From: Candidatus Omnitrophota bacterium
GTDB lineage: Bacteria; Omnitrophota; Gorgyraeia; 1-14-0-20-64-10
DNA: 64,000 bases
Assembly: GCA_016177405.1 (NCBI GenBank)
Contig: JACOVG010000013.1
Location: 1,858 to 65,857 of the forward strand
Direction of reading: 5' to 3'
Below the pieces are notes generated by a model that made no database searches, was not told the DNA's origin, and saw only the letters and a program-made list of their open reading frames with translations. Shown in pieces: positions 40,625 through 49,509 of this stretch. The translations under genes and the position numbers were made by a program. Numbering within the stretch: position 1 is the stretch's first letter; each line of letters starts with the position of its first letter.

Positions 40625-41706
40625 GCCCACACGGCGGGAACATCTGGGAGCTGTGCCGGCGCCGCGGCTTCGACCCCCCAGAGGTCCTTGATGTGAGCGC
40701 GGATCTGAACCCCTTGGGCCCGCCGCCGGGCTGGGAGGGGCGGCTCGCGGAAGGCCTCAAGAGTCTGCGTTGGTATCCGGATCCGGATTATCTGGATTTC
40801 CGCCGCGCCGCGGCTTGCCTTCATGGTCTTGAGCCGGAGTGCATCCTGCCCGGCAACGGAACCGCGGAGCTCATTCACCTTGCGGCCGGCGCTTCACGGT
40901 TCCGGCGGGCAGTGGTGGCCGTTCCAACCTTCACCGAATACGAAAGGGCTCTGGCGGGCAGGGGCAAGCCGATTTCTCTCTGGCCCCTTCAGGCGCCCGG
41001 CTTCAGGCCGCCATCCCTTCCCAGCGATTTCTCCGGCTGTGAGAGCGGCTTGATCTTCCTGTGCAACCCCAACAATCCCACCGGCACCCTCTGGCCCAGG
41101 GAGAGCCTGGTGGAGCTTCTGGCGGCGGCCGGCAAACATCAGGCGACGGTGGTGGTGGACGAGGCCTATCTTGATTTTGTTCCTGATCCCGGGCGTTACT
41201 CCATGGCCGGCCAGGTGAAGCATTTTAAGAATCTCATCGTCCTGCGCTCCCTGACCAAATCGTTCGCCCTGCCGGGTTTGAGGATCGGCTACCTGGCGGC
41301 CGAGCCCGGGATGGCCGCGGCGCTGGCCCAGGAACAGCCTCCTTGGTCTCTGAACGCCTTGGCCGCCGGGTTGGGGCCCTGGCTTCTGGAGCAGTCCGGT
41401 CACCTGGCCGAGAGCCGGCGGGAGCTCACGAAACTGCGCTTGGAATTGCTGGAGGACTTGAGGAGCGTGCCCGGCCTTCGAATCCATCCTTCCGAGGCAA
41501 ACTTCTTCTTGTGCGAGCTGACCGACCCGGAGCTCTCGACGCGGGAGATCCGTCAGGCGCTGGAGGGCCAAGGAATCTTGATTCGGACCTGCGACGACTT
41601 TACCGGTCTCACGCCCGGCCGTTTCTTCCGGGTGGCGGTGAAGCCGCGGCGTGAGAACGAACGGCTCATCACCGCGATGAAGGGGCTCTTCGCGCATGCA
41701 AACTGA
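40621..41706 (+). CDS. cobD: L-threonine-O-3-phosphate decarboxylase (CobD/CobC family, HisC-like)
   Basis: HGGNIWEL N-terminus, PLP fold. Confidence 0.8.
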   Translation: MSPHGGNIWELCRRRGFDPPEVLDVSADLNPLGPPPGWEGRLAEGLKSLRWYPDPDYLDFRRAAACLHGLEPECILPGNGTAELIHLAAGASRFRRAVVAVPTFTEYERALAGRGKPISLWPLQAPGFRPPSLPSDFSGCESGLIFLCNPNNPTGTLWPRESLVELLAAAGKHQATVVVDEAYLDFVPDPGRYSMAGQVKHFKNLIVLRSLTKSFALPGLRIGYLAAEPGMAAALAQEQPPWSLNALAAGLGPWLLEQSGHLAESRRELTKLRLELLEDLRSVPGLRIHPSEANFFLCELTDPELSTREIRQALEGQGILIRTCDDFTGLTPGRFFRVAVKPRRENERLITAMKGLFAHAN

Positions 41707-43198
41707 TTTCCTGATGTTCCAGGGGACCGGCTCCCACGTGGGGAAGTCGGTTCTCGCGACCGCCCTGTGCCGGATTCTCCGTCGAAGGGGGATCCGGGCG
41801 GCCCCCTTCAAGGCGATGAACATGTCCAACAACGCCTGGGTCACGCGCGCAGGCGGCGAGATGGCCTATGCCCAGGCGGCGCAGGCCTGGGCCGCCGGCG
41901 TGGAGCCGGCGGTGGAGATGAACCCTGTTCTCCTGAAGCCGGAGGCGGATCACACCTCCTCCCTCATCGTCCTGGGCAAGCCCGAGGGGCGCCTGCCCGC
42001 GATGGGAATCCGGGAGGTTCGCGAGCGCCTGATCCAGGTGATGGAAGAGAGCTTGAACCGGCTTGCTGGGGAGTTTGAGTTCATCGTGATCGAAGGGGCC
42101 GGGTCCCCCGCCGAGGTGAATCTTGCCCAGTGGGATCTGGCGAACATGGCGGTGGCCCGGAAGGTTCGGGCTCCGGTGATTCTGGTGGGGGACATCGAGC
42201 GGGGCGGGGTCTTTGCTCAAATTGTGGGAACGCTCGCCCTGTTGAATCCGGAGGATCTCGGGCTCGTGCGAGGCTTCGTGATCAACAAGTTCCGGGGGGA
42301 GCGGTCCCTGCTGGATCCGGGTTTAACCTGGCTTGAACAGCGGACCGGCCTTCCGGTTTTCGGCGTTGTTCCGTTTCTTCATGACCTTCGGATCCCGCAG
42401 GAGGACGCGGTGGCCTTGTCCGATCCGGCCGCGCCCCTGCCGAAGCCTTCCGCCAACGGCTCCTGGATCCGGATTCAGGTGGTTCGCTACCCCCAGATCG
42501 CGAACTTCACCGATTTTAAGCCGCTAGAAGAGGAGCCCGGGGTCCAGGTGGAGTACCTCACCCGGCCGCCACCGGACGCCCGGCGGCCCCGGCCCCATCT
42601 CTTGATCCTGCCGGGCACGAAGAGCACGGTCTCGGACCTTCAGTGGCTGAGGGAGCGGGGATTCGAGCCGTACTTGAAGAGCTCTCTCCAAGCCGGTGTC
42701 GAGGTGCTCGGGATCTGCGGCGGTTTCCAGATGCTGGGTGAGTGGATTCGCGATCCGGCCCACGTCGAGTCCGCTTACGCCAGCGTGGCGGGTCTGGGGC
42801 TCCTGCCCGCCTCCACGCGGTTTACGCCTGCCAAGGTGACGGTTCAGGTGGAGGGGGTCCACCCGGAAAGCGGGCTGACCATTCGGGGCTACGAGCTTCA
42901 TGCCGGTTGTCTTGAGGCGAACCATAAGGGAGAGCCGGTTTTCCGGATCACCCGCCGGGGCGGCCAAGCGGCCGACGGTTGGGACGGCTGCCGCCTGGCC
43001 GATCTACCGGTCTGGGGCACCTACCTGCATGGGCTCTTTGATGAGCCCGGCTTCAGGCGCTGGTTTCTGAATCGGCTGCTTCCCCGGGGGGGAGAGGGTG
43101 CGGGTGAGGGAGGGGACCCTTACGATTTCCTGGCCGATCAGGTGGAAAAGGCTCTTAACCTTTCGGAGATTCTTCCTCTATGGAAGCCATCGGTCTAA
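41696..43198 (+). CDS. cobQ: Cobyric acid synthase
   Basis: 500 aa, CobQ/CbiP GATase. Confidence 0.9.
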   Translation: MQTDFLMFQGTGSHVGKSVLATALCRILRRRGIRAAPFKAMNMSNNAWVTRAGGEMAYAQAAQAWAAGVEPAVEMNPVLLKPEADHTSSLIVLGKPEGRLPAMGIREVRERLIQVMEESLNRLAGEFEFIVIEGAGSPAEVNLAQWDLANMAVARKVRAPVILVGDIERGGVFAQIVGTLALLNPEDLGLVRGFVINKFRGERSLLDPGLTWLEQRTGLPVFGVVPFLHDLRIPQEDAVALSDPAAPLPKPSANGSWIRIQVVRYPQIANFTDFKPLEEEPGVQVEYLTRPPPDARRPRPHLLILPGTKSTVSDLQWLRERGFEPYLKSSLQAGVEVLGICGGFQMLGEWIRDPAHVESAYASVAGLGLLPASTRFTPAKVTVQVEGVHPESGLTIRGYELHAGCLEANHKGEPVFRITRRGGQAADGWDGCRLADLPVWGTYLHGLFDEPGFRRWFLNRLLPRGGEGAGEGGDPYDFLADQVEKALNLSEILPLWKPSV

Positions 43199-44124
43199 GG
43201 ATCGTCTTGGCCTACGGCTTGGATCTCCTGCTGGGAGATCCGGCCTGGCTGCCTCATCCGATCCGGGGCTTAGGCTGGGTGATCGAAAGCTCCGAGGCCG
43301 CCCTCCGGCGCCTGATCCGCAGTGAGCTTTTGGGCGGCATTCTTCTTGTTCTTCTGATCGGCGGGGGGACTTGGGGCCTGGTGGGGTTTGTGGTGGGTTG
43401 GGCGGCGCGGATTTCGCCGCTTTTTGCCCTGGGGATGGAGGCGGCCTTCCTCTATATCTGCTTGTCCACCAAGGATCTGGCGGTGGAAAGCTGGCCGGTC
43501 TTCCGCGCCCTGGAGCGAGGGGATCTGCCGTTGGCCAGGCGGAAGCTTTCCATGATCGTGGGAAGGGACACCGGGGAGCTTGACGAACCGGAGGTGACCC
43601 GCGGCACGGTGGAAACGATCGGCGAGAGCCTCATGGATGGCGTGGTCTCACCCCTGTTTTACGCCGCCATCGGCGGGGTGGGGCTGGCCTGCTGTTACAA
43701 GGCGGTCAACACCCTCGATTCCATGGTGGGATACCGGTCGAGCCGTTACCTCCGCTTTGGAAAGGCGTCGGCGGCCGTTGACCGGTGTATGAACGCCCTC
43801 CCCGCCTGGATCACGGCCGGCCTCATCGCGGCGGCCGCGGGATTGCTGGGCTTGCCGGGAGGCGGTTCTCTTCGGGCGTTTCTCAAGAATCCCAGGGCGC
43901 GCCAGGAGAACTCCTGGATCCCCGAGGCGGCGATGGCCGGAGCGCTGGGGGTCCGGTTGGGCGGGGTCAACCGGTATCAGGGTCTTGCCGTTGAAACCCC
44001 TTTTCTGGGTGAGCCGCTTAGGCCGTTAGGCCGGGCGGTCATTCCCCAGGCGATCCGGGTGATGTGGATGGCCTCGGGGCTGTCCCTTTTCGCGGCGCTG
44101 GGCTTGGCTGGGCTTATCCGATGA
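43180..44124 (+). CDS. cbiB: Adenosylcobinamide-phosphate synthase
   Basis: 314 aa membrane CbiB/CobD. Confidence 0.85.
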   Translation: MEAIGLRIVLAYGLDLLLGDPAWLPHPIRGLGWVIESSEAALRRLIRSELLGGILLVLLIGGGTWGLVGFVVGWAARISPLFALGMEAAFLYICLSTKDLAVESWPVFRALERGDLPLARRKLSMIVGRDTGELDEPEVTRGTVETIGESLMDGVVSPLFYAAIGGVGLACCYKAVNTLDSMVGYRSSRYLRFGKASAAVDRCMNALPAWITAGLIAAAAGLLGLPGGGSLRAFLKNPRARQENSWIPEAAMAGALGVRLGGVNRYQGLAVETPFLGEPLRPLGRAVIPQAIRVMWMASGLSLFAALGLAGLIR

Positions 44125-47100
44125 CCAGGGTCCCCAGGCTTCTCATCGCCGGAACGGCGAGCGGGGCGGGCAAGACCACCGTGACCTTGGGGCTGGCGGC
44201 GCTTTTAAGACAAAAGGGTCTGGTGGTCCAGCCGTTTAAGGCGGGCCCGGACTACATCGATTCCGCTTATCACACCCAGGCGGCCGGACGCCCCTGCCGG
44301 AATCTGGACGCCTGGCTCGTTCCCTCCGGCTCCTTGAACGCCATCCTGACCGGGGCGGCCCAGGGGGCCGACCTGTCTTTGGTGGAAGGGATGATGGGCC
44401 TGTTCGATGGGATCGGGCCCACCGGGGAGGAGGCCAGCACCGCGGAGCTGGCCAAGAAGCTCGCCTTGCCGGTTCTTTTGGTGGTGGACGCGGGCTCTTT
44501 CTCCCGCTCGGCCGCCGCCCTGGTGAGAGGCTTCAGGGATTTCGACCGGAAGGTCAAGATCGCCGGCTGTTTCCTGAACCGGGTTTCCTCGGAAGCCCAT
44601 GCCCTCCTGGTGAAGAGGGGGATTGAGACCCTGGCCGGGGTGCCGGTGGTCGGCTTTCTGCCCCAGGACGGCCGCCTTCGGCTGCCCGAGCGCCACCTGG
44701 GGCTGGTCCCTTCCGTCGAGCAAAAGGGCTGGCAGAGGATTCTGGCTCTCCTGGTCAAGCAGATGGAGCACAGCGTGGATGCCGAGGCTCTGCTGCGCTT
44801 GGCCCGGCGCGCGCCCCCCTTGGAGGCAGCAGCTATTTTAGGGTCATTGCGAGGAGCCGGCCAGAGGCTGGCGACGAAGCAATCTCAGGGATTGCTTCGC
44901 CCCTTCGGGGCTCGCAATGACATGAGGAGGGTGCCCATCGCGGTCGCCAGGGACGAGGCGTTTCACTTTTATTATCCGGAAAATTTGGAGCTTCTTGAAA
45001 AGTTCGGGGCGGAGATGGTTCCCTTCAGCCCCCTAAAGGATCGGAGCCTTCCGCGGGGGGCTGCCGGGCTCTATCTGGGAGGGGGATTCCCCGAGGTTTT
45101 CGCCGAGCCGCTTTCCAGGAACGCTTCCCTCCATCGGGAGATTCGGGAGAAGGCGGCCGCTGGGCTGCCCACCTATGCCGAGTGCGGGGGTTTGATGTAT
45201 CTTTCGCGAAGCATCCGTTCCACAAAGAGAAGGAGCTTTTCCATGGTGGGACTTGTCCCGGCCGAGATTCGGATGACCGACCGGCTTCAGCATTTCGGAT
45301 ACAAGAAACTTCGGGCTTGCCGGACCACGGTCCTGGCGAGGGCAGGGGAGAAGGCCAGGGGCCACGAGTTCCATCACTCGCAAGCCGTGGGGATTCCCGT
45401 GGAGGAGCGGGCCCCTTATGAGGCCCGGTCGGCCGGCGGCGAGGGCAGGCGCCTGGAGGGGTATGCCTACGGCAGTCTCCTGGCTTCCTATGTCCACCTT
45501 CATTTCATGAGCCAGCCGGCTTGGGCTAAGCGGTTGGTTGAGGCCGCGCGCCGCTGGTCAGGAGTTCTTCTTTTTCTCACCGCTTACAGCTTGCAGCTTA
45601 TCGCCGTCTCTTTCGCGGAGGAGCCGACCCGCCTGGAGGAGGTGGTCGTCACCGCCACCAAGGCCAAGACCCCGGCCAAGGAGGTGACCCGGGCGGTTTC
45701 GGTGATACCGGCCGAGCGCTTAAGCGTCGTCAAGGGAGGATTTGTCTCGCAGGGCTTGAGCGACGTGCCGGAGACCCTGGTCCGCCGGACCGGGTCCATC
45801 GGACGCACGACGGCTGTGGTGATTCGGGGGGCGTCGGCGACCCAGGTCCATGTGACCGTGGATGGCGCCCATGTGGCCAGCCCAACCACCGGCTCCTTCG
45901 ATTTCAACCATTTCACGCCGGATAATCTGGAACGGATCGAGATCCTCCGCGGGCCCGGCAGCACCCTCTACGGCGCGGACGCCATGGGAGGCGTGATCAA
46001 TCTCGTCACCCGGCGCGGCGAAGGGCCGTTCACCTTCTCCGCCACCTCGGAGTATGGCACCCTTTTGGACACCTTTCGGGAAGCCGCCTCCATGCAAGGG
46101 GCCTCGGGGCCGTGGCATCTGTCGGCCTCCTCCTCCCGGATGGACGCCAACGGCCTAAGCCAGAACGACGACTACCAAAATCTGAATCTTTCCACACGGA
46201 TTGGCTATGACCTGCCCAACCAGGCAACGGCGGATCTGACCCTGCGCCACATCTGGGCCGTGGTCGGGGTGGACGACGGCCCCTTTCGCCCGGACACGAA
46301 CCGGAGGGACCGGGAACGGCAGACCATCGGGACGGTCCGCCTGGAAGCCCCGGTGACGGCCTGGTGGAGCCAAACCTGGCGCTTCTCCACGGCCATCTCG
46401 AACTTCATCGACAACGATCCCTCCAACGGCGGCACCCAAACCGACAGCCTCTTCAAGCTGGATACCGAGCGCTATGGCGCCGAATGGATGAACCGCTTCA
46501 CTCCGGTTTCCTGGGACGCGCTGACCGTGGGTCTGGAGTTCGAAGACCGGGAGGCCGACAACCGGAGTTTTTCGAAAACCCAGGTCACGCGCGCCGCCTA
46601 CCTCCAGAATCAGTGGCGGCCCGTTGATCCCCTGACGGTGGTTGCCGGTTTCCGGTTCTTTCGGGAGAGCGCCTTCGGCAGCGATCAGGTCTTCGACCTG
46701 TCGGCGGCCTATTTCCACGAGCCCTGGGGTCTCAAGGCGCGCGGGGGCTATGGCCAGGGCTTCCGTCCTCCCACCCTGAACGAGCTTTTCTTTCCCGGCT
46801 TTGGTGTCCCCAACCTCTCTCCGGAAAAGAGCGAAACCTGGGAGATGGGCTTTGACCAGGTGCTCTGGGACAACCGGATCAATTGGTCCGGCACCCTCTT
46901 TCGGACGGAGTACGAGGATCTGATTCAGACCGTCCGGGTCTCGTCCACCGTTTCCGCGCCTCAAAATGTGGGCAAGTCGAGGATTCGCGGGGCGGAGCTG
47001 GAGCTTGAGCTCAAACCCTGGGACCCTTGGACCTTGACCGGCTCCTACACCCACCTGGAGGCCAACGAGGATCCCAGCGACGAGGAGCTCTTGAGGGTGC

Positions 47101-47384
47101 CCAAGAACACCGTGGGCTTCAGCGCGGGGTTTGCCCCCTCCAAGAGGTGGGACGCCCGCCTGGAGGGACTGCTGGTCTCAAGCCGGGAGGAGTCCACCGG
47201 CACCAACTCCCGCAACAAGACCAAGGGGTACCTCAAGCTCGATGCCCTGCTGCAGTACCGCTTCAAGCCGTGGTTGAGAGGCCATTTGAGGGTGGACAAC
47301 CTGACCGACCGCCAGTATGCCGAGGTGCTGGGTTTTCCGGCCGAGGGGCTCGCGGCCTCCGTGGGGCTGACGGTGGAGCGATGA
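44121..47384 (+). CDS. cbiA: Cobyrinic acid a,c-diamide synthase (CbiA/CobB, first ~460 aa) reading through without stop into a TonB-dependent receptor
   Basis: ATG 44121 overlaps the cbiB stop; CbiA homology ends near ...YVHLHFMSQPAWAKRLVEAARRW; same frame continues into the receptor. Confidence 0.7.
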   Translation: MTRVPRLLIAGTASGAGKTTVTLGLAALLRQKGLVVQPFKAGPDYIDSAYHTQAAGRPCRNLDAWLVPSGSLNAILTGAAQGADLSLVEGMMGLFDGIGPTGEEASTAELAKKLALPVLLVVDAGSFSRSAAALVRGFRDFDRKVKIAGCFLNRVSSEAHALLVKRGIETLAGVPVVGFLPQDGRLRLPERHLGLVPSVEQKGWQRILALLVKQMEHSVDAEALLRLARRAPPLEAAAILGSLRGAGQRLATKQSQGLLRPFGARNDMRRVPIAVARDEAFHFYYPENLELLEKFGAEMVPFSPLKDRSLPRGAAGLYLGGGFPEVFAEPLSRNASLHREIREKAAAGLPTYAECGGLMYLSRSIRSTKRRSFSMVGLVPAEIRMTDRLQHFGYKKLRACRTTVLARAGEKARGHEFHHSQAVGIPVEERAPYEARSAGGEGRRLEGYAYGSLLASYVHLHFMSQPAWAKRLVEAARRWSGVLLFLTAYSLQLIAVSFAEEPTRLEEVVVTATKAKTPAKEVTRAVSVIPAERLSVVKGGFVSQGLSDVPETLVRRTGSIGRTTAVVIRGASATQVHVTVDGAHVASPTTGSFDFNHFTPDNLERIEILRGPGSTLYGADAMGGVINLVTRRGEGPFTFSATSEYGTLLDTFREAASMQGASGPWHLSASSSRMDANGLSQNDDYQNLNLSTRIGYDLPNQATADLTLRHIWAVVGVDDGPFRPDTNRRDRERQTIGTVRLEAPVTAWWSQTWRFSTAISNFIDNDPSNGGTQTDSLFKLDTERYGAEWMNRFTPVSWDALTVGLEFEDREADNRSFSKTQVTRAAYLQNQWRPVDPLTVVAGFRFFRESAFGSDQVFDLSAAYFHEPWGLKARGGYGQGFRPPTLNELFFPGFGVPNLSPEKSETWEMGFDQVLWDNRINWSGTLFRTEYEDLIQTVRVSSTVSAPQNVGKSRIRGAELELELKPWDPWTLTGSYTHLEANEDPSDEELLRVPKNTVGFSAGFAPSKRWDARLEGLLVSSREESTGTNSRNKTKGYLKLDALLQYRFKPWLRGHLRVDNLTDRQYAEVLGFPAEGLAASVGLTVER
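45507..47384 (+). CDS. TonB-dependent outer-membrane receptor, BtuB-like (candidate independent start at internal ATG 45507)
   Basis: Signal-like MSQPAWAKRLVEAARRWSGVLLFLTAYSLQLIAVSFA, TonB box EEVVVTA, plug domain IRGASATQV...GGVINLVTRRG, beta-barrel. Confidence 0.6.
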   Translation: MSQPAWAKRLVEAARRWSGVLLFLTAYSLQLIAVSFAEEPTRLEEVVVTATKAKTPAKEVTRAVSVIPAERLSVVKGGFVSQGLSDVPETLVRRTGSIGRTTAVVIRGASATQVHVTVDGAHVASPTTGSFDFNHFTPDNLERIEILRGPGSTLYGADAMGGVINLVTRRGEGPFTFSATSEYGTLLDTFREAASMQGASGPWHLSASSSRMDANGLSQNDDYQNLNLSTRIGYDLPNQATADLTLRHIWAVVGVDDGPFRPDTNRRDRERQTIGTVRLEAPVTAWWSQTWRFSTAISNFIDNDPSNGGTQTDSLFKLDTERYGAEWMNRFTPVSWDALTVGLEFEDREADNRSFSKTQVTRAAYLQNQWRPVDPLTVVAGFRFFRESAFGSDQVFDLSAAYFHEPWGLKARGGYGQGFRPPTLNELFFPGFGVPNLSPEKSETWEMGFDQVLWDNRINWSGTLFRTEYEDLIQTVRVSSTVSAPQNVGKSRIRGAELELELKPWDPWTLTGSYTHLEANEDPSDEELLRVPKNTVGFSAGFAPSKRWDARLEGLLVSSREESTGTNSRNKTKGYLKLDALLQYRFKPWLRGHLRVDNLTDRQYAEVLGFPAEGLAASVGLTVER

Positions 47385-47773
47385 CCCTGGCTATGAGTTG
47401 GGGGCTTGTGCGGTGCGCCGGAGTCTTACTGATGCTGGGGCTGGCGGCGGGGTGCGCGACGGTGCCGAGAGAGTTTCCGGTGACGCTGGAGGTGGACTAT
47501 GGCCCAGCCGGAAAGCCGGCCATCCATGAGACGGTCATCGTCTCTCGTGGGGCGACGCCGGAGGCGGCCACCACCGCGGTTTTCCCGATTGAGAAAGGGT
47601 CGGTCTGCTGTGACCCCCGGGAGACCTCTGCCATCGACGGAGTGGCTGCCGATCCCGCGGCCAACCGCTGGTGGGTGGTCTCGGTGAACGGCTCGAAGAA
47701 GGTCTCCCCCTATAAAACCAAACTCAAGCTGGGTGACAAGATCCGTTGGGAATACCGCCAATATGAGCAGTAA
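47381..47773 (+). CDS. Small lipoprotein with transcobalamin-beta/DUF4430-like motif (putative corrinoid-binding)
   Basis: Lipobox LGLAAGC; C-terminus RWWVVSVNGSKKVSPYKTKLKLGDKIRWEYRQY. Confidence 0.55.
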   Translation: MTLAMSWGLVRCAGVLLMLGLAAGCATVPREFPVTLEVDYGPAGKPAIHETVIVSRGATPEAATTAVFPIEKGSVCCDPRETSAIDGVAADPAANRWWVVSVNGSKKVSPYKTKLKLGDKIRWEYRQYEQ

Positions 47774-48476
47774 GATGAGAGCCGGCTTTTTCACACTCCT
47801 CTTGTTGGCGTCCGCCTCTTCCGGGTACGCGCAGGAGGTTCGTGGAAGGGTGAGGGTCGATGGTTCACCGCCTGCCCAAGAGACGATCACGATTCAGGCC
47901 AAGAGCAAGGCGTATCCCATCGAGGGCTGCGGGCCGATTCAGAAGGCTTCGCCGAAGCTCGAGGTGAGCGCCGCTGGCGGGGTTAAAAACGCTGTGGTCT
48001 GGGCGGAGATTCCAGCTCAGGTCCAGCCAGAGCCCCTTCATCTCCTGATGGACCAGAAGGCGTGCGTTTTCAGCCCTCATGTCGTGGCCGCCGCGGCGGG
48101 TCAATCGTTGGCGATCCGGAACTCCGACCGAGTGATCCACAACGTCCGGATCTTCCGGGAGGGCAGGCCCGAGATGCTGATGCACCGGTGGCAGAAGGTG
48201 GATGGGGCCGACATCGTCTGGAGATTTGATGAACCGGGCCGGTACCTCGTCCGGTGCGGGGTCCACCCTTGGATGTACGGCTGGGTCTTCGTCGCCCCCG
48301 GGCGGTCCGTTGCCGTGACGGATGAAGAGGGACGCTTCGAGCTGACCGGTCTGCCGGAGGGCCGACATACCCTCCGCGTCTGGCATGAGACGCTGGGAAA
48401 CCGGGAGCTTGAGATGGAGGTAGGGAGCCAACCCCTGGATCTTGCCCCGGTGGTTTTTCCAAAGAAGGAGGCCTGA
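47763..48476 (+). CDS. Secreted cupredoxin-like (type-1 Cu site-like) plus CarboxypepD_reg-like domain protein
   Basis: Signal peptide; HNV...YLVRCGVHPWMYG; C-terminal VTDEEGRFELTGLPEGRHTLRVWHE. Confidence 0.55.
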   Translation: MSSKMRAGFFTLLLLASASSGYAQEVRGRVRVDGSPPAQETITIQAKSKAYPIEGCGPIQKASPKLEVSAAGGVKNAVVWAEIPAQVQPEPLHLLMDQKACVFSPHVVAAAAGQSLAIRNSDRVIHNVRIFREGRPEMLMHRWQKVDGADIVWRFDEPGRYLVRCGVHPWMYGWVFVAPGRSVAVTDEEGRFELTGLPEGRHTLRVWHETLGNRELEMEVGSQPLDLAPVVFPKKEA

Positions 48477-49096
48477 TGTTTTACGAGTGGTTTAAGCTGG
48501 GCGGCCCGGTGATGTGGGCGTTGCTCGCCTGTTCCATCGTGGCGCTCACGGTGATCAGCGAGCGGTTCTTCTTTTGGAGGGAGATCCGGCGCTCGCGGGA
48601 CGCCGGCGCCGTGGAGTCGATGCTGGCGCTCATCGAGCAGGGGCAAATCTCCCAGGCGCTGGCCAGGGGACGCGCCCTCTCCGATCCGGTGGCCCGGGTG
48701 CTGACCCGCGGCCTGGAGCATTGGCCCGCGGCCGTGACCGGCGCCCTGGAGGCCCAGGCCCAGGAGGAGCTGCGGCCGATGCGCCGGTACCTCGGCGTTC
48801 TGGAGACGACCATCACCCTGGCTCCGCTTTTGGGCATCTACGGAACGATCACCGGCATGATCCGGGCCTTCGGTTTCTTGAGCCGGGCCGGGATCACCGA
48901 CCCCCATCAGGTGGCCGCGGGGATCGCCGAGGCGCTGATCACCACGGCGGCTGGGCTGACCATTGCGATTGTCAGCATTCCGCCGTACAATTTCTTCACC
49001 GCCAAGACCGAGGAGGTGGCGCACGACATGGAGCGCCAGGCGACGGCGCTTGAGCTCTTGGCGGGGCGCAAACGATCGGCGGAGGGTTCCTCGTGA
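48476..49096 (+). CDS. exbB: MotA/TolQ/ExbB proton-channel protein
   Basis: 206 aa, 3 TM. Confidence 0.85.
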   Translation: MFYEWFKLGGPVMWALLACSIVALTVISERFFFWREIRRSRDAGAVESMLALIEQGQISQALARGRALSDPVARVLTRGLEHWPAAVTGALEAQAQEELRPMRRYLGVLETTITLAPLLGIYGTITGMIRAFGFLSRAGITDPHQVAAGIAEALITTAAGLTIAIVSIPPYNFFTAKTEEVAHDMERQATALELLAGRKRSAEGSS

Positions 49097-49509
49097 GGAT
49101 TTATTTTCCCCGTTCCTCGAAACCTAGGATCGAGATGATTCCCCTGATCGATGCCTTCTTCCTGCTGTTGGCCTTCTTCATGTCGTCGGTGATCACCATG
49201 GAGGTGGTTCAGGGGCTTCCGCTGGAACTGCCGCGGGCCGGGCCTTCCAAACCGCTGGCGTCAGGTGACCGGTGGATGGTGACCGTTACCCGGGAGGGCG
49301 CGGTTCAGCTTGAGGGGCGGGCGGTGACCTTGGAGGAATTGCGCTCGCGTTTGGCGGGCCATCCGGATCTGGAGTCGCTTCGGGTGGGCATTCGTGCCGA
49401 TCAGGCCACCCCTTACGAACGGGTGGTGCAGGTGTTGGCGGCGGCCCAGGCCAGCGGGGTCAAACGGGTTAACCTGCTGACCTCCGGCCGAAAGGAAAAG
49501 GAACGTTGA
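49093..49509 (+). CDS. exbD: Biopolymer transport protein ExbD/TolR
   Basis: 138 aa; IPLIDAFFLLLAFFM. Confidence 0.85.
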   Translation: MRIYFPRSSKPRIEMIPLIDAFFLLLAFFMSSVITMEVVQGLPLELPRAGPSKPLASGDRWMVTVTREGAVQLEGRAVTLEELRSRLAGHPDLESLRVGIRADQATPYERVVQVLAAAQASGVKRVNLLTSGRKEKER

